DNA of 64,000 bases, taken from assembly GCA_951406725.2 (NCBI GenBank), contig OX597822.1, forward strand, positions 94,054,001 through 94,118,000, written 5' to 3'. This document shows positions 42,130-56,046 of the stretch, piece by piece. A program made the position numbers and the translations under genes. The notes under the pieces are model-generated. The model was not told the DNA's origin. It made no database searches and saw nothing but the letters and a program-made list of their open reading frames with translations. Position 1 is the first letter of the stretch, and every line of letters starts with the position of its first letter. The stretch is from Octopus vulgaris (Eukaryota).

Positions 42130-42545
42130 TACTCTTTTACTCTTATATTTGCTTCAGTCATTTGACTGTGGCCATGGTGGAGCACCACCTTAAAGGGTTT
42201 TAGTCGAAGAAATTGACACCATGATTTATTCTTTGTAAGCCTAGTACTTATTCTATCGGTCTTTTTTTGCCAAACCACCAAGTTACAGTGACATAAACAC
42301 ACCAGCATCAGTTGTCAAGTGATGATGTTGTGTGTGTGTGTGTGTGTGTGTGTGTGACAAACATGCTCACACATAAATACATATATATATACGACAGGCT
42401 TCTTTCAGTTTCTGTCTAACAAATGCACTCATGAGGCTATGGTTGGCTATAGTAGAAGACACTTGCCCAAGGTGCCATGCAGTGGGACTGAACCCGGAAC
42501 CATGTGGTTGGGAAGCAAGCTTCTTACCAGTCAGCTACACCTATG
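42130..42545 (-). mobile_element. SINE family A
   Basis: Reverse-complement copy. Confidence 0.75.
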
Positions 42546-42547
42546 CC

Positions 42548-42781
42548 TACATACATACGTACAATACATGCATACATACATGCATACAATACATGCATAC
42601 ATACATACATACATACATACATACATACATACATACATACATACATACATACATACATACATACATACATACATACAATACATACATACATACATACATG
42701 CATACATACATACATACATACATACAATACATGCATAGATACATGCATACATACATACATACCATACATACATACATACAT
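42548..42781. repeat. (TACA)n microsatellite
   Basis: Seen directly. Confidence 0.95.
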
Positions 42782-43445
42782 ATTTGGTATGTACATAAAG
42801 GTTGGCATTTGTTTGCTTTGCTTGTCACTATCTTACAGAAGTGGTAAATGTAATGTTTACTTTCTTTGTTAACATAATGATATAGCAGTGGCTATTTGCT
42901 GCTTTTCCCCTCCAACAGTAGGTCTTGAACTAAATACTGGAAGCTAGTGAGGCACACAGTGATTTTACAGAATTTTACACTGTTCTCACTGCTTATCATA
43001 ATGATATGGTCACCATCCGATTGTGGCCGTTGCCAGCCTCGTCTGGCACCTGTGCAGGTGGCACATAAAAAGCACCCACTACACTCTCGGAGTGGTTGGC
43101 GTTAGGAAGGGCATCCAGCTGTAGAAACACTGCCAGATCAGACTGGGCCTGGCGCAGCCTACTGGCTCCCCAGACCCCAGTTGAACCGTCCAACCCATGC
43201 TAGCATGGAAAACGGACGTTAAACGATGATGATGATGATGATGATGATGATGATATACTTTGATCACTATCATCAGTTGTTGCATTCACAAGTACACTGT
43301 AACCTTAGCACATCTACTCTGATGACTACCATCAATTTTTGCGCACACATGCACACTGTCACTATAGCACATCTACTTTAGTCTGAAGCATATTATAAAA
43401 AAAAAAAGCCCTGACTGAAAAACCACTTCTTTTGTGTATTACCAG

Positions 43446-43618
43446 GTGCATGGCTACAGTCTTACAAAGCAGAACAGCTGCGCCGTCTCAATACTGTATT
43501 AAAAACAAAGATTATGTCCAATGAGGAAATCAAAGAACGATTAAAACAACATACACAAAGAAAATCTCCCAAAGGCATTTGGCAAAAATCTTCTTTTCTT
43601 TTTGATACTCCTTATATT
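43446..43618 (+). CDS. XRRA1: XRRA1-like LRR gene, coding exon 2
   Basis: Acceptor ttaccag| and donor |GTAAGT; 173 nt, open, phase 1 to 0. Encodes GAWLQSYKAEQLRRLNTVLK...SSFLFDTPYI, matching the XRRA1 G-x-WL...LDxxFL pattern. Confidence 0.8.
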
Positions 43619-43756
43619 GTAAGTTGTACAAGGTTTCAGTCATACCAATAATTTGATTAGTTTCAAAATTGTTACCTCATGCAATTTGATATGCTTAAGT
43701 TTGTTGACTTTCAGGATATTTCTGATTAAAGCTAGGAGTTTTATAGTAGTAAATTA

Positions 43757-46023
43757 CAAGGGTCGTACTGGAAGTAATGTAAAGGTAGGTGTAACTTTTT
43801 ATTAGCTGGCATACATTGTTCAAATTGCACACTTCCTTTAAAGCAACTCTTCATCCTTTTCTTCTTCGTTACAGACAAATAATGGGTTCCAAGGAGAAGC
43901 AATGTGCTGTGAGTTCTTGTAGGAAGGGTTGCAGACTGTCTAACATTTATAGAAGGCTACGGGTTGTTTATTGGAGATGACACCATTGGTAAAAGTAATG
44001 TGCACAGATGGATGAAGACGTTTAAAGAAGGGGAAACCATCTCTGAGCACAAACCATACTGAGGGAACCCATGAACTGCACCCACTGATATGAATTGCTT
44101 GCAAGTAGATGAAGTCATTTATGATGACAGATGAGTCACAATTCATGAGCTTGCCACACAATGCATTACAGAAGAACATGCTGGAAGACTTTGGGTATTG
44201 GAAAGAGTGTGCAAATTGGGCACCTTGGCAGCAAACACCTGATCTGAGGGAGAAAAGAGCGAAAGTCTGCTAAGATTTTTAGGAATTATTTGAAGCCAGT
44301 GAAGATAAATATCTATTTTTTTTTTCCAGATCGTTAGCTGGGGATGAAATGTGGCTATGTCTTTATGATCCAGAAACAAAGGTCTGTCCATGGAATGGCA
44401 TCACACCATTTCTCCAAGGCCTAAGAAGTTCAAGAGCTAGTGGTCGGCATAGAGAGTCATAATGACTGTTTTGAGGGTATGAAAATGCATCATTCTCCTC
44501 GATTTTCTGGAATATGGCTGTACCATGAACAGCAAGCCCTACATTGGGACACTCAAAAAGATGAGAGAAGCCATTAGAAGGAAGAGACCAAACAAGAATC
44601 TTAAAAATGATCCACATTCCCCATGGTTAGGGAATCATGCCTTCATGAGATCATGGTTTTGATTCCCAGATCATCTGTGCTGTGTTCTTGAGGAAAACAT
44701 TTCCTTTCATGTTGTATCCATCCACCCAGCTGTAAAGGGGTAACCGTGTGATGGATTGGCATATAAGGGTGAGATGGTAACTCAGGAACATCACCTGAAT
44801 GGAGGTCTTATAAGCTATGTCTTATATTCAGTGATCAAAACGATGAATAGTATAACCAATACTGTGAATCCCGATTGGTTGGGATTAGTTGTTCAACTGC
44901 ACTGAAGGTCAACAACAACAACACATCTTTGCCTAGGAATCAGATAATCAGCAAATTGGCCTAGTCAGTGGTTACCTTATCCACCTTTTTTTCCCTTCAT
45001 TTTTTCTTCGAACCAAGAAGAACACCACATGGGTGTTCTGACATGGCCCTGCATGGGCACTTTTATGTGGCATTGCCATGAGTGCTTTACACCACCAGAA
45101 GGATCGGTCTTGACATTTCTGCTGCAGAGTACAAGTCTTGGAATGCATTAAGATATTTAGAAATTGTCATCATTATCATCATCTTCTTCATAATCATTAT
45201 AATCATTATAGTTTTTACATTGCTTTCCATACTAGCATGGACTGGATGGGTTACTACTACCCTCCTAGAGGATTTCAAAGCCACAGTCGAACCAATTCTA
45301 CTATATGACTCAGAAACCTGGACATTATCAAAGAAGCTTGAGAGGCGGTTGGATTGAACTTACACTCGCCTCCTTATGAGAGCTCAAAATCTCTTGTGGG
45401 AGCGTCATCCAACCAAAGTACAAATATATGGGAAACTACCTCCTGTGTTATCTCTTGTGAAAGGTAGGAGAGTCAAGTTTGCTGGACATTGTTGTAGAGC
45501 TGAAAACGAGGTAATTTCTACTCTTCTCCTCTGGAAGCCATCTACTCGCAATACCAGAGGGCGCACACTCTCCTATCCTGATGTAATCTCCAGGGATATA
45601 GGCATCCAGCAACAGGACCTCCGTAATGCTATGATGGACCGTGAAGTCTGGCGTAACGTAGTAAATTCCATTGTCTCAACCATGGTCGAACAATGATGAT
45701 GATATCCACCTTACAATCCAGATCTGGTACCCTCTAACTTCCATTTGTTTGGTGTGAGGAAGGACACTCTCCTGGGACAATAATTTCATGATGCTAAGAA
45801 GGGGAAAGTGACTGTGAAGAATTGGTTATAACAGTGCACACTTGAATTTTTTGAAAGCGAATTTGTGAGTTGGGTTCAGTGATGGCACAGATGCATTGCT
45901 TCTTATGGAGACTATGTTGAGTAGTACCTTTGCATGGAGGAAGAGTTACTCTACTAACATGTGCTGTTTGAAAGCCATAAGTCAACTAATAAAAATGTTA
46001 CACCCACTTCAGGACAACCCTCA
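43757..46023 (+). mobile_element. Degenerate mariner (irritans/Hsmar2-like) with nested insertions
   Basis: Ends TA|CAAGGGTCGT and GACAACCCTCA|TA; GDEMW, YDPETK and MEWHH..SPRPKKF near 44340-44435; YPPYNPDLVPSNFHLFG at 45703-45753. Confidence 0.8.
44988..45702 (+). mobile_element. RTE 3' fragment-containing insertion with 10-bp TSD, nested in a mariner
   Basis: VEPILLYDSETW...KFAGHC...MMDREVWR plus a (GAT)n tail; TATCCACCTT at 44978-44987 and 45703-45712. Confidence 0.8.
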
Positions 46024-47712
46024 TAAAACATAACTAAAAAAAATTTATAGTATCACACGTACTATAGATATTATACAGGCTATTTTATTTGTATTTATAT
46101 GCTCTATGCAGTTAAAATTAGACACAAAAACTGAAACTGAGTTACCTAAGACAATATTGGTTTCAAGTTTTGGCACAAGGCCAGCAATTTTTGGGGAAGG
46201 GGTAAGTCTATTATATTGGCCCTGAAAGAATAATAAACAAAGCTGACCTTGACAGAATTTGAACTTAGAATGTAAAGATGGACAAAATACCTATTTCTTT
46301 ACTACCCACAAGGGGTTAAACACAGAGAGGACAAACAAGCACAGACAAACGGATTAAGTCGATTATATCGACCCCAGTGCATAACTGGTACTTATTTAAT
46401 CGACCCCGAAAGGATGAAAGGTAAAGTTGACCTCGGCGGAATTTGAACTCAGAACGTAGCGGCAGACAAAATACGGCTAAGCATTTCGCCCGGCGTGCTA
46501 ACGTTTCTGCCAGCTTGCCGGACAAAATACCGCTAAGCATTTTGCCCCGCATGCTAATGATTCAGCCGGTTTGCCACCTTATCTTAAGACAATATTTAAA
46601 CCCTTAGGGCTTTGTGCCTAGAGTAGAAAAGAATATTTAAACCCTTAAGGTGTTATCAAGTACATAGCTGCAATCTTACGGAGTACAACAGTTGTACCAG
46701 TTCAATACTGTATTATGTGCAAAGATTAATTCCAGTAATGAAATCCAAGCCATATCTAGAAAGCAAAATCCATAAAGGAATGTCTCAAAAATCTTTTTAA
46801 AAATGTCCTTAAATGTATTTAGTTTTAGTTGCTATAAGTTACCAGTTTAATTCTTTAGAGGATAAGCTGGTTGCTTTGCCAGATAGATACTTTTGTGGAA
46901 ATACAAAGAAAGAGACAATCTTTTTAAAGAATTTTCCAAGCCTGATATGATTCTGATATATTTTTACATAAGTTTAAATAACATTTTTATTTTCTTTGTA
47001 CAATGTAAAAACATACCTCCTCCTCCTCCTTTTATAGTGTAGAAACAACAGTCTTCTTCACCATAGAATTAAACTCAGGTAATCAGCATTATTTTTCATT
47101 AACTACGGTTTCAAAGTATAAGCAATGGAAATATACTATAATTGATGGATTGGTACCCCAAAATTGGGTTATGTTTTGGCAAAAGAAGTAAATATTGGTT
47201 TCAAATTTTGGCACAAGGCTACCACTTCTGGGAGTGGATGTAAGTAGATTACATCAACCCCACTGCTCAATTGGTACTTATTTTATTGACCCCGAAAGGA
47301 TGAAAGGTAAAATTCGGCCTTGGTGGTATTTGACCAATCCCAGCAAAACAAGTAACTAAACTGTTTATATACACATCATATCTAATAACTTAAGAAAATA
47401 CACAATTATATAATAGACTATAGTCATATATTATTGAATATACTATATTGTAGAATACACTATTTTGATGTAGAATAAACTGCATTATAGAACACACTGT
47501 TATATTATAGAATTTAGTGTATTATAGAATATACTATATTATAGCCTTTGTTAGATAATAATGAATAATATAGTTTATTATAGAAATAAGTTTTATTTAC
47601 CTTCAGCTGAAATTGAGACTTGGGTTACTCCAAAATTGGAATCACTTTTTATAAATGTTGTTATTCTACTTTTTTTCCTTAAATTTTCAGTTTATTGTTT
47701 TTCCCCTTCTAG

Positions 47713-47857
47713 CTGAAACATTGCAAAGTTACAGATCCAGAAGAACTATTCAGCTTAAAAATCTCAAACCAAGGGCTAAATCTTGCCAATTCTGAAGATT
47801 TTCATTTCTTCACAAACTTGGAAGTCATTGATGCTGAAGATAATTCTTTGAAATTAG
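47713..47857 (+). CDS. XRRA1: XRRA1-like LRR gene, coding exon 3
   Basis: Polypyrimidine tract + ctag|, donor |GTATGT; 145 nt, phase 0 to 1. LKHCKVTDPEELFSLKISNQGLNLANSEDFHFFTNLEVIDAEDNSLKL is colinear with recalled XRRA1 LKHHCVRKPSDL...DFKHF...INASENLL. Confidence 0.88.
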
Positions 47858-48731
47858 GTATGTGAGAATGAAATTTTCAAATTCTTTTTTTTTTTTTTTT
47901 TTAACAGTTTTGCTCATTAATTGCTAACCCTGTAGAATAGGGGTCTCCAACCACCAGGCTGTAAATCAGTTTCAGGCTATGGATCATTTGGTACTGGACC
48001 AGGCTACACAGAAAGAATAAATGTTAAAATTTTATTTCTGTTTTGCTGCCGAGCTCGAATTGTGGTGGAAACCTGTGAAAGGGGTAGACCCAGGAAGACA
48101 TGGGACAAAGTGGTGAGAAAGGATCGTTTGATGCTGGGCCTCACTGAGGAAATGACAAAGGACTGGGAATTCTGACAATTTACTGTACTTGAGAAAACAC
48201 ACCAAGCTAAGTAAAATCACTACCATATCTTGCTGTATGCATATATGAGTTGTGTCTATTATTCAGTTATAATTAGTTAATTCTTTCTACAAAGAAGGAA
48301 CTAGTTTCTTAACAAGGAAATAAAACTTCTCCATTGGAATTTGGACTAACAACAATGATAAGAGTTACATGTTGAGCTTTAGAAAAGTCTTATAAATGCA
48401 CATTTTTACTGTTTCTGTTTTGCAGTGTGTGACAATTTGTAATTTTCTTTGCTTGGGAATCCTAGCTTTCCTAGATTGTCACTTAGAAAATTTATTAACA
48501 AAACCACCTGCACCAATTATTATTGGTGTAATTGTAAATTTCTAATCAGGGAAGAGCAGCTGCATGTTTCGAAATGCTTGCCTATAAATACCCTCCTCAC
48601 TGGTTTTGGAAGAAATTTTTCTCATCTGTAGGACAATTAACCATAGAAATCATTGACAAACTCAGACTTTTCTCTGACAAGTTGAGGGCAAAAAGAGAAA
48701 CCAAAGCTGCAGAAAATGTTTAAAAAATGAA

Positions 48732-48830
48732 CACTGCGTGGCATCTTGGGCAAGGGTCTTCTGCTATAGCCCCGGGCCGACCAATGCCTTGTGAGTGGAT
48801 TTGGTAGACGGAAACTGAAAGAAGCCTGTC

Positions 48831-48884
<54 letters not shown>

Positions 48885-49088
48885 TTGTGTGTTTGTCCCC
48901 CTAGCATTGCTTGACAACTGATGCTGGTGTGTTTACGTTCCCGTCACTTAGCGGTTCGGCAAAAGAGACCGATAGAATAAGTACTGGGCTTACAAAGAAT
49001 AAGTCCCGGGATCGATTTGCTCGACTAAAGGCGGTGCTCCAGCATGGCCGCGGTCAACTGACTGAAACAAGTAAAAGAGTAAAAGAGA
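48732..49088 (+). mobile_element. SINE family A (5'-truncated)
   Basis: Near-identical to the consensus body and tail. Confidence 0.85.
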
Positions 49089-49569
49089 GATTATGAGCAT
49101 TCTATAAACTTACTGAAGATCCTCACTGAATACTTACAAGGCAGGAATAGTGTTCAAAGGAAATAGCTCATGCCTCTGTCTGTTTGTCCCTCTATCTGTT
49201 TATCAATCCATCTGTCTCATCTTTGCCTGTCTGTTTAAAATATCCATCATTCTATCTGTCTATCTCTTTAATTATCACATCTGTCAATCTGTCTAATTTC
49301 TTTTCTGCCTGCCAGTCTACCAACCTACTTTCCCTGTCTGCCTGCCTGTCTGTCTGACTCTCTCTCTCTCTCCCCTTCCCCCGTCTGCTTGTCTGTCTGT
49401 CTACATGCTGCCTGTCTGCTTTTCCTTTATATTTTTCTGCTGGGGCATTGAAAGCAAGGTCTTCCACCAGTCTTCCTATTTCTCAAGTATACACAGTTCT
49501 TTAATGTCAATAAATCAATAATAGTACATGTATTTTCTGATATTTTTTTCCCCCTCCCATCTCTTTTAG

Positions 49570-49667
49570 AGGCATTTAAATCATTCAGTCGTCTGATACA
49601 ACTTAAACTACCATTAAACAAACTAACGGATTTAAGTGTGAACTTTGGTGAATTTCCACATCTTCAG
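49570..49667 (+). CDS. XRRA1: XRRA1-like LRR gene, coding exon 4
   Basis: ctcttttag| acceptor, CAG|GTTAGT donor; 98 nt, phase 1 to 0. Encodes EAFKSFSRLIQLKLPLNKLTDLSVNFGEFPHLQ, an LRR of the LxxLxLxxNxL type. Confidence 0.88.
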
Positions 49668-49719
49668 GTTAGTAAAGACAATTTGATAAATAACAATTGA
49701 AAAATAAGTTCAGCGCTTA

Positions 49720-50133
49720 GGATCTTTTTGGTTTGAACGCCAATTTTTAACATAATTTCTAGGTAAGTAAAAAATTTTAAGCTTCGTATACTGGTAGAAT
49801 GTGTTTATAAAACATCTTTTTCTCTTGGCTTAATTGAGAAAATTCTATAGTTTGTAAGATATTTGTTGTTTTTTTCTTCAATTTCTACAATTTCAACCAA
49901 TCACTGACATCCATTGAGGTAAACAACATTCTGTGCCGTATGAATATGTCCCTCGTTTAAGAAACAGATTGGGTTTATTTACATTTGTGAAGAAAAAAAG
50001 ATACCCTTCCCCCACCCCCTAACCCTAACCTAAAACAGATTGAAATGCAATAGATCGATGCTAGGGTCATAATTATGGGTGACAATTTCATATGACACCG
50101 CTAGAAAAACTGCCATTCATACCGAAAAGATCC
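49720..50133. mobile_element. MITE with GG-starting TIRs and a 9-bp TSD (Merlin- or Mutator-like)
   Basis: TIRs GGATCTTTTTGGTTTGAACG / CATTCATACCGAAAAGATCC; CAGCGCTTA at 49711-49719 and 50134-50142. Confidence 0.85.
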
Positions 50134-51251
50134 CAGCGCTTAACTTCACAGTGGCTGTGAGGTAAAGGTGCTGGACCACTCAGGGCATAATTGCATAGTT
50201 CAAATTTTACTGCAGCTTGTATTCAAGAGAGGAGATATTGCTATGAGTACTTTTGTCTTGTTGGACTGTAAATCCCATTTTATGTGTATTTGTTTGTAAT
50301 ATTATATTGGTTGGAATGGTAAGGATTCCAGAATCTTATGGGGATGCAAGGGAACTCTACTTGTGTTACCATCACTATATATTTTCACCTAGGAAGGCGG
50401 CGAGCTGGTAGAATTGTTAGCATGCCGGGTGAAATGCTTATCGGTATTTCGTCTGCCGTTACGTTCTGAGTTCAAATTCCACCGTGGTCGACTTTGCCTT
50501 TCATCCTTTAAATTAAGTACCAATTAACGCACTGGGGTCGATTATATCAACCCCAGTGCGTAACTGGTACTTATTTAATCGACCCCGAAAGGATGAAAGG
50601 CAAAGTCGACCTCGGCGGAATTGGAACTCAGAACGTAGCGGCAGATGAAGTACCTATTTTTTACTACCCACAAGGGGCTAAACACAGAGAGGACAAACAA
50701 GGACAGATAAATGGATTAAGTTGATTATATCGACCCCAGTGTGTAACTGGTACTTAATTTATTGACCCTGAAATGATGAAAGGCAAAGTTGACCTCGGTG
50801 GAATTTGAACTCAGAACGTAGTGGCAGACGAAATACGGCTAACCATTTCGCCTGGCATGCTAACGTTTCTGCCAGATCACTGCCTTTATCTGTTTCTGTC
50901 TATTAGGTTCATTAATTAAATTCGTTTATTCATGAATTCCACTCTTGGAGTGGTTGGCATTAGGAAGGGTGTCCAGCTGTAGAAACCATGCTAAATCAGA
51001 CTGGAACTTAGTGCAGCTCTATAGCTTACCATTTCTAGTCAAACTGTCTAACTCATATCAGCATGGAAAGCAGATGTTAAATGATGATGATGAGGATGAT
51101 GATGACAATAAGGTCTTGGTTGGCTCAGGGCTATAGCAGAAGACATTTGCCCAAGGTGTCTTGCAGTAGAACTGAACCTGAACCCCCTTGGTTGTGAAGT
51201 AAAATTCCACATAGCTAACAATCATTTATTTATTATATAATAATATAATAA

Positions 51252-51385
51252 GTGTAGGAGTGGCTGTGTGGTAAGTAGCTTGCTTACCAACCACATAGTT
51301 CCGGGTTCAGTCCCACTGTGTGGCAAGTGTCTTCTACCAAAGCCTTGTGAGTGGATTTGGTAGACGGAAACTGAAAGAAGCCTGT

Positions 51386-51418
<33 letters not shown>

Positions 51419-51635
51419 GTGTGTGTTTGTGTGTGTCTGTGTTTGTCCCCCTAGCATTGCTTGACAACCGATGCTGGTGTGTTTATGTCCCTGTTACTTA
51501 GCGGTTCAGCAAAAGAGACCGATAGAATAAGTACTGGACTTACAAAAGAATAAGTCCTGAGGTCGATGTGCTCGACTAAAGACGGTGCTCCAGCATGGCC
51601 ACAGTCAAATGACTGAAACAAGTAAAAGAGTAAAA
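51252..51635 (+). mobile_element. SINE family A
   Basis: Full copy with small deletions. Confidence 0.8.
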
Positions 51636-52036
51636 AGGTTCAACTAACCACAATAATCCTTTCTACTTTGGGTACATGGCATGAAATTTTGGGATAGGAG
51701 CTAGTTGACTGCATTGAACTCAGTGTTCATCTGGTATTTGTTTTCTTGACTTTGGAAGGATAAAAGGCATGATTGACCTTTGCAGTATTTGAACTCAGAA
51801 CATAAAATTCTGTTAAGCATTTTTGTCTAGTGTTTGTGTGTAGTGTAATCATATATAATTATACTATTGTTGTTGTGTCGACTGAATCAATTTTGCTGAA
51901 GTGTTGTTATTGTTTGTTGTTTTGATTTTTAAATTGAGTGAAAATGATAAGTTGTGATTGTCATGCCTTTCTCAAATGAGAGTGTACTGCTAGCCTATCC
52001 AAGCCATACAATTTATGAAAAATGAACATGAACAAT

Positions 52037-52640
52037 AGGCGCAGGAGTGGCTGTGTGGTAAGTAGCTTGCTTACCAACCCCGTGGTTCCGGATTCAGTCC
52101 CACTGCGTGGCAACTTGGGCAAGTATTTTCTACTATAGCCTCGGGCCGACCAAAGCCTTGTGAGTGGATTTGGTAGACAGAAACTGAAAGAAGCCTGTCG
52201 TATATATGTATATATATATATATATATATATACATACATAGAAGAGAACAAGGTGTACGTTACGACGCAATAATATATGTATAAAAATACAAAATGGGAC
52301 AAGAACGCAAAACATTCAAATAGACGACACAAAAAAACGTACGGGTCATTCGAAGCCTCTAATCTTCAGTCAAGAACCAGATCATCCTTGCAATTTCGGC
52401 TGATTAATCTTGAGATTGCTCCGATCCGGCCAGCCCCAAGGAAAAACTAAGCTACGAGCATTAGATTTCTTGGAAAAAGGATCGAATGTATACGAAACAA
52501 GAACAGAAAAACGGTCTCTGCAAAAATAGACCGATAAAATAAGTACTAGGCTTGCAAAGAACAAGTTCTGGGGTCGATCTGCTTGACTAAAGGTGGTGCT
52601 CCAGCATGGCCACGGTCGAATGACTGAAACAAGTAAAGAG
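52037..52640 (+). mobile_element. SINE family A interrupted by another repeat (about 52240-52515)
   Basis: Head 52037-52200 and tail 52520-52640. Confidence 0.7.
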
Positions 52641-52649
52641 TAACAACAA

Positions 52650-52940
52650 GGAATTGAAGTGGGAAATATGTTGTGGGCAATGAAGAGAGTGGACGTGATA
52701 CCAAAAGCGATTCGTGCGCTTGGAAGTATCATTGCTCAATTACCAATGTGGATCAAAAAAATTAGTACAAATGTAAAGATAGAACACATACAAAAATCAG
52801 CATTGCTTGGAAATGCAAGAGTTCTCTGCAGGGTTCTTAAAGCATGATCTATAAACAAGTTTCACCATAGTCTGCTGGGTGTGGGCAGCTGACACTTTTC
52901 ATCATGCCCAGCAAAATAAGCTGGAAATTTTCAGCGAATA
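52650..52940 (+). mobile_element. 3'-terminal fragment of an RLE-type (R4/Dong-like) LINE
   Basis: LWAMKRVDVIP..IRALG...IQKSALLGNARVLCRVL parallels the C-terminus of the 57689 ORF; followed by taataatgataat. Confidence 0.65.
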
Positions 52941-54209
52941 ATAATGATAATCCTTTCTAGTATAGGCAGAAGGCCTGAAATTTTAGGGGAGGGGGTTAAG
53001 TCAATTACATCTACCACAGAACTCCACTGGTACTCAATTCATCATGAAAGGCTGAAAGGCAAAGTCAGTTTTGGCAGAATTTGAACTTAGAATGTAAAGA
53101 CGGATGAAATACAGCAAAGCATTTTGTCCAGTCTGCTAGTATTTCTGTCAGCTCGCTGCCTTAACTCACCTGCAAGTTCATGTGCTGTTTATCTTGATAT
53201 GAAATCACCATGTCATGCACATATGGTTGTGATGCATGTGCTTGGTGTACCCTTGTCAGACAGGTAGTCATGATGGGTAAATTGGACTTTGTATATTTGT
53301 ACCCCAGCATCACTTTGATAGTGTGTGCTGCTCTCTCATTCAATAATAATAATAATAATTAATTCTTTTTATTGGCCACAAGGGCTGACAAATACGATTG
53401 GAAAACATAAAGGGACAAAACAGGACGAAAGGTTACAAAAGGTTTTGTCCGTTTTTCGAAAGAAAAAAGTCCGTGTAAACAAGCTTTACAACAACGAAAA
53501 AATTCAACAATTTACAATACTCCAAATAGAGGAGACGCTTCGAAAAAAGAAAAGGTCTCACGTTGAAAAACCCATTGATAATAATAAAATTAATTGTGTC
53601 AAGTTTTGGTACAAGACAGCAATTTTTTAGGGAGAGTAGGTTTGTCAATTACATTGATCCCTGTTCCAATGCTTGACTGGTACCTTATTTTATCAACCTC
53701 AGTAATATTTGAACTCACTACATACAGAGTAATGATATTTCCAACCTTGGTAATAAGCATTATTAACTCCCATGCTATTAGTCAGACCGCAACCATCAAA
53801 CAAGGCTACCTGGAGGTCAATCACCAACACTGCTGCAGCTACCTTTGAGGTGGATTGATGGCAATGCCTTTCAGCCGCAAGAGACAGACGTTATTGGGCT
53901 ACATCATTCTCAGTCCTGATCACAGACTACCAGTATCCAACCTGCAGGCGCCTGTGTACTTCTGGCTTTGGGCTACAGAACCACATGCATTCCCACTGCT
54001 GACTGCTGAGACCACAGACTGTCTTCATCGGAGATTGATGGACTACCAAGAAGAAGAAAGCCATACAAAGTTGGAAGAAATGCAAAGTAATTTATCTACC
54101 ACACTAATGATTTTGCCAAACAATAAAAATAATGATAATAACAAAAAAATAATAAAATTAATTCTTTCTAATTTTGACCTGCAATTTGGAGGGAGAGGGG
54201 AGTTATGGT

Positions 54210-54500
54210 TAAAAGAGATGAAAAACTTTTTTAAATACAATCCCTCAAAATCTGAAATAGTGAGAATTTGGAATATGAAAGCTGTAATTGGTGCATTAGG
54301 AATTGTGGGTTATGATATATACAAATGGTTGAAGAAAATTAAAATGTAATGCTCTGTAGAGCTTCTACAGAAAAGTGCCTCTTAGGGACAGGAAAGTTTA
54401 TCAGAAAGGTTTTGAGCACTTGAAAGATTATTGAAAGCTTGTGGAAATCTAATGTTGCAAATATTAACCCATTATCCTAATAAATTCTATCAGGAATAAG
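54210..54500 (+). mobile_element. 3'-terminal fragment of an RLE-type LINE
   Basis: KYNPSKSEIVRIWNMKAVIGALGIV followed by an LLQK..LG..RKVL remnant; same C-terminal signature. Confidence 0.6.
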
Positions 54501-56006
54501 ACCAAACCTGAGTCATCATCATCGTCATCATCATTTAATGTCCATTTTCCATGCTGGCATGGGTTGGATGGTTTGACAGGAACTGGTAAGGCCAAGGGCT
54601 GCACCAAGTTCCATGGTCTGTTTTGGCTTGGTTTCTATGGGTGGATGCCCTTCTTAATGCCAACCACTCCACAGAGTGTACTGGGTGCTTTTTATGTGGT
54701 ATCATCATAGGTGCTTTTTACGTGGTACCTTGGTTTTAGGATCTCAGTTCTGTTGTGGTGGGTGGGTCTTCTCAAGTACAGTAATGAGTTGAATCAAATA
54801 GTAATAATAACAACAGTAGTAATTTCTAACATAGGCACAAGGCTAGAAATTTTTTGCAGAGAGCTTAATCAATTATATCTATTCCTGAAAGGAATAAAAG
54901 GCAAAGTTGACCACTCTGGGATTTGAACTCAGATTGTAAAGAGCCAGAAGAAATGCCATAAGGTATTTTTTCTGGCATTCTCACAATTTTGCAAATAATG
55001 ATAATCCTCTTTACCATAGGCACAAATTTGGTGGGTGGAGACCAGTTGATTAGATTGACCCCAGTATGTAATTGGTACTTAATTTATTGACCCCAAAAGG
55101 ATGAACGGCAAAGTTGATCTTGGCGGTATTTGAACTCAGAACGTAAAGACAGACAAAATGCCACTAAGCATTTCACCTGGCGTGCTAGCGATTCAGCCAG
55201 CTCGCCGCCTTTTTGCCAATAATAATAATAATGATAATTTCTAATATGGACTTAAAATCAGAAATAATACTAACCCTTGTACTTCACTGGTACTTTATTT
55301 CATCAGAAAAGAGGAAAGGCTAATTTGGCTTTGGCGGGATTAGAACTTAGAATGCTCTAAACAATTTTGCCAATCTGGTGACTATTATTCCTATTAAAAA
55401 GCATTACTATAAAGTAATAGAACTTATAAAGGCGGCGAACTGGCAGAAACGTTAGCGAGCCGGGCGAAATGCGTAGCCGTATTTCGTCTGTCGTTACGTT
55501 CTGAGTTCAAATTCCGCCGAGGTCGACTTTGCCTGTCATCCTCTCAGGGTCGATAAATAAAGTACCAGTTTCACACTGGGTTGATGTAATTGACTTAATC
55601 CATTTGTCTGTCCTTGTTTGTCCCCTCTATGTTTAGCCCCTTGTGGGTAGTAAAGAAATATATAAAGAAATATAAAGTAATAGAGCTGAAGATCATTATT
55701 AATATGAATGTGACAAGCTAGCTGAATTGTTACAGTACCAGACAAGATGTTGAGCAGCATTTTGTCCATCTTTACATTTCGTGTTCAAATTCTGCCAAGG
55801 TCAACTGTGCTTTTTATTCTTTCGGGGCTGATAAATTAAGTACGAGTCAAGTACTGGGGTCGATATGATGACTGTCTCTCTCCCCTCTAATTCTAGGCCT
55901 TGTGCTTATAGTAGAAGGGATTATTATTATTTATTATCATTATTATAAGAACATGACTGGCAGCAAAGAAAACTAAAGTCATTGCTAATTATTAAAAAGT
56001 TCCTGA

Positions 56007-56046
<40 letters not shown>

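Noticed and set aside
50017-50031. Interstitial telomere or chromosome fusion site
   Set aside because: Only about 2.5 units, and they lie inside a MITE.
53855-54349. 164-aa ORF
   Set aside because: A chimera of unrelated repeat fragments, an AAT tract and a LINE C-terminal remnant.
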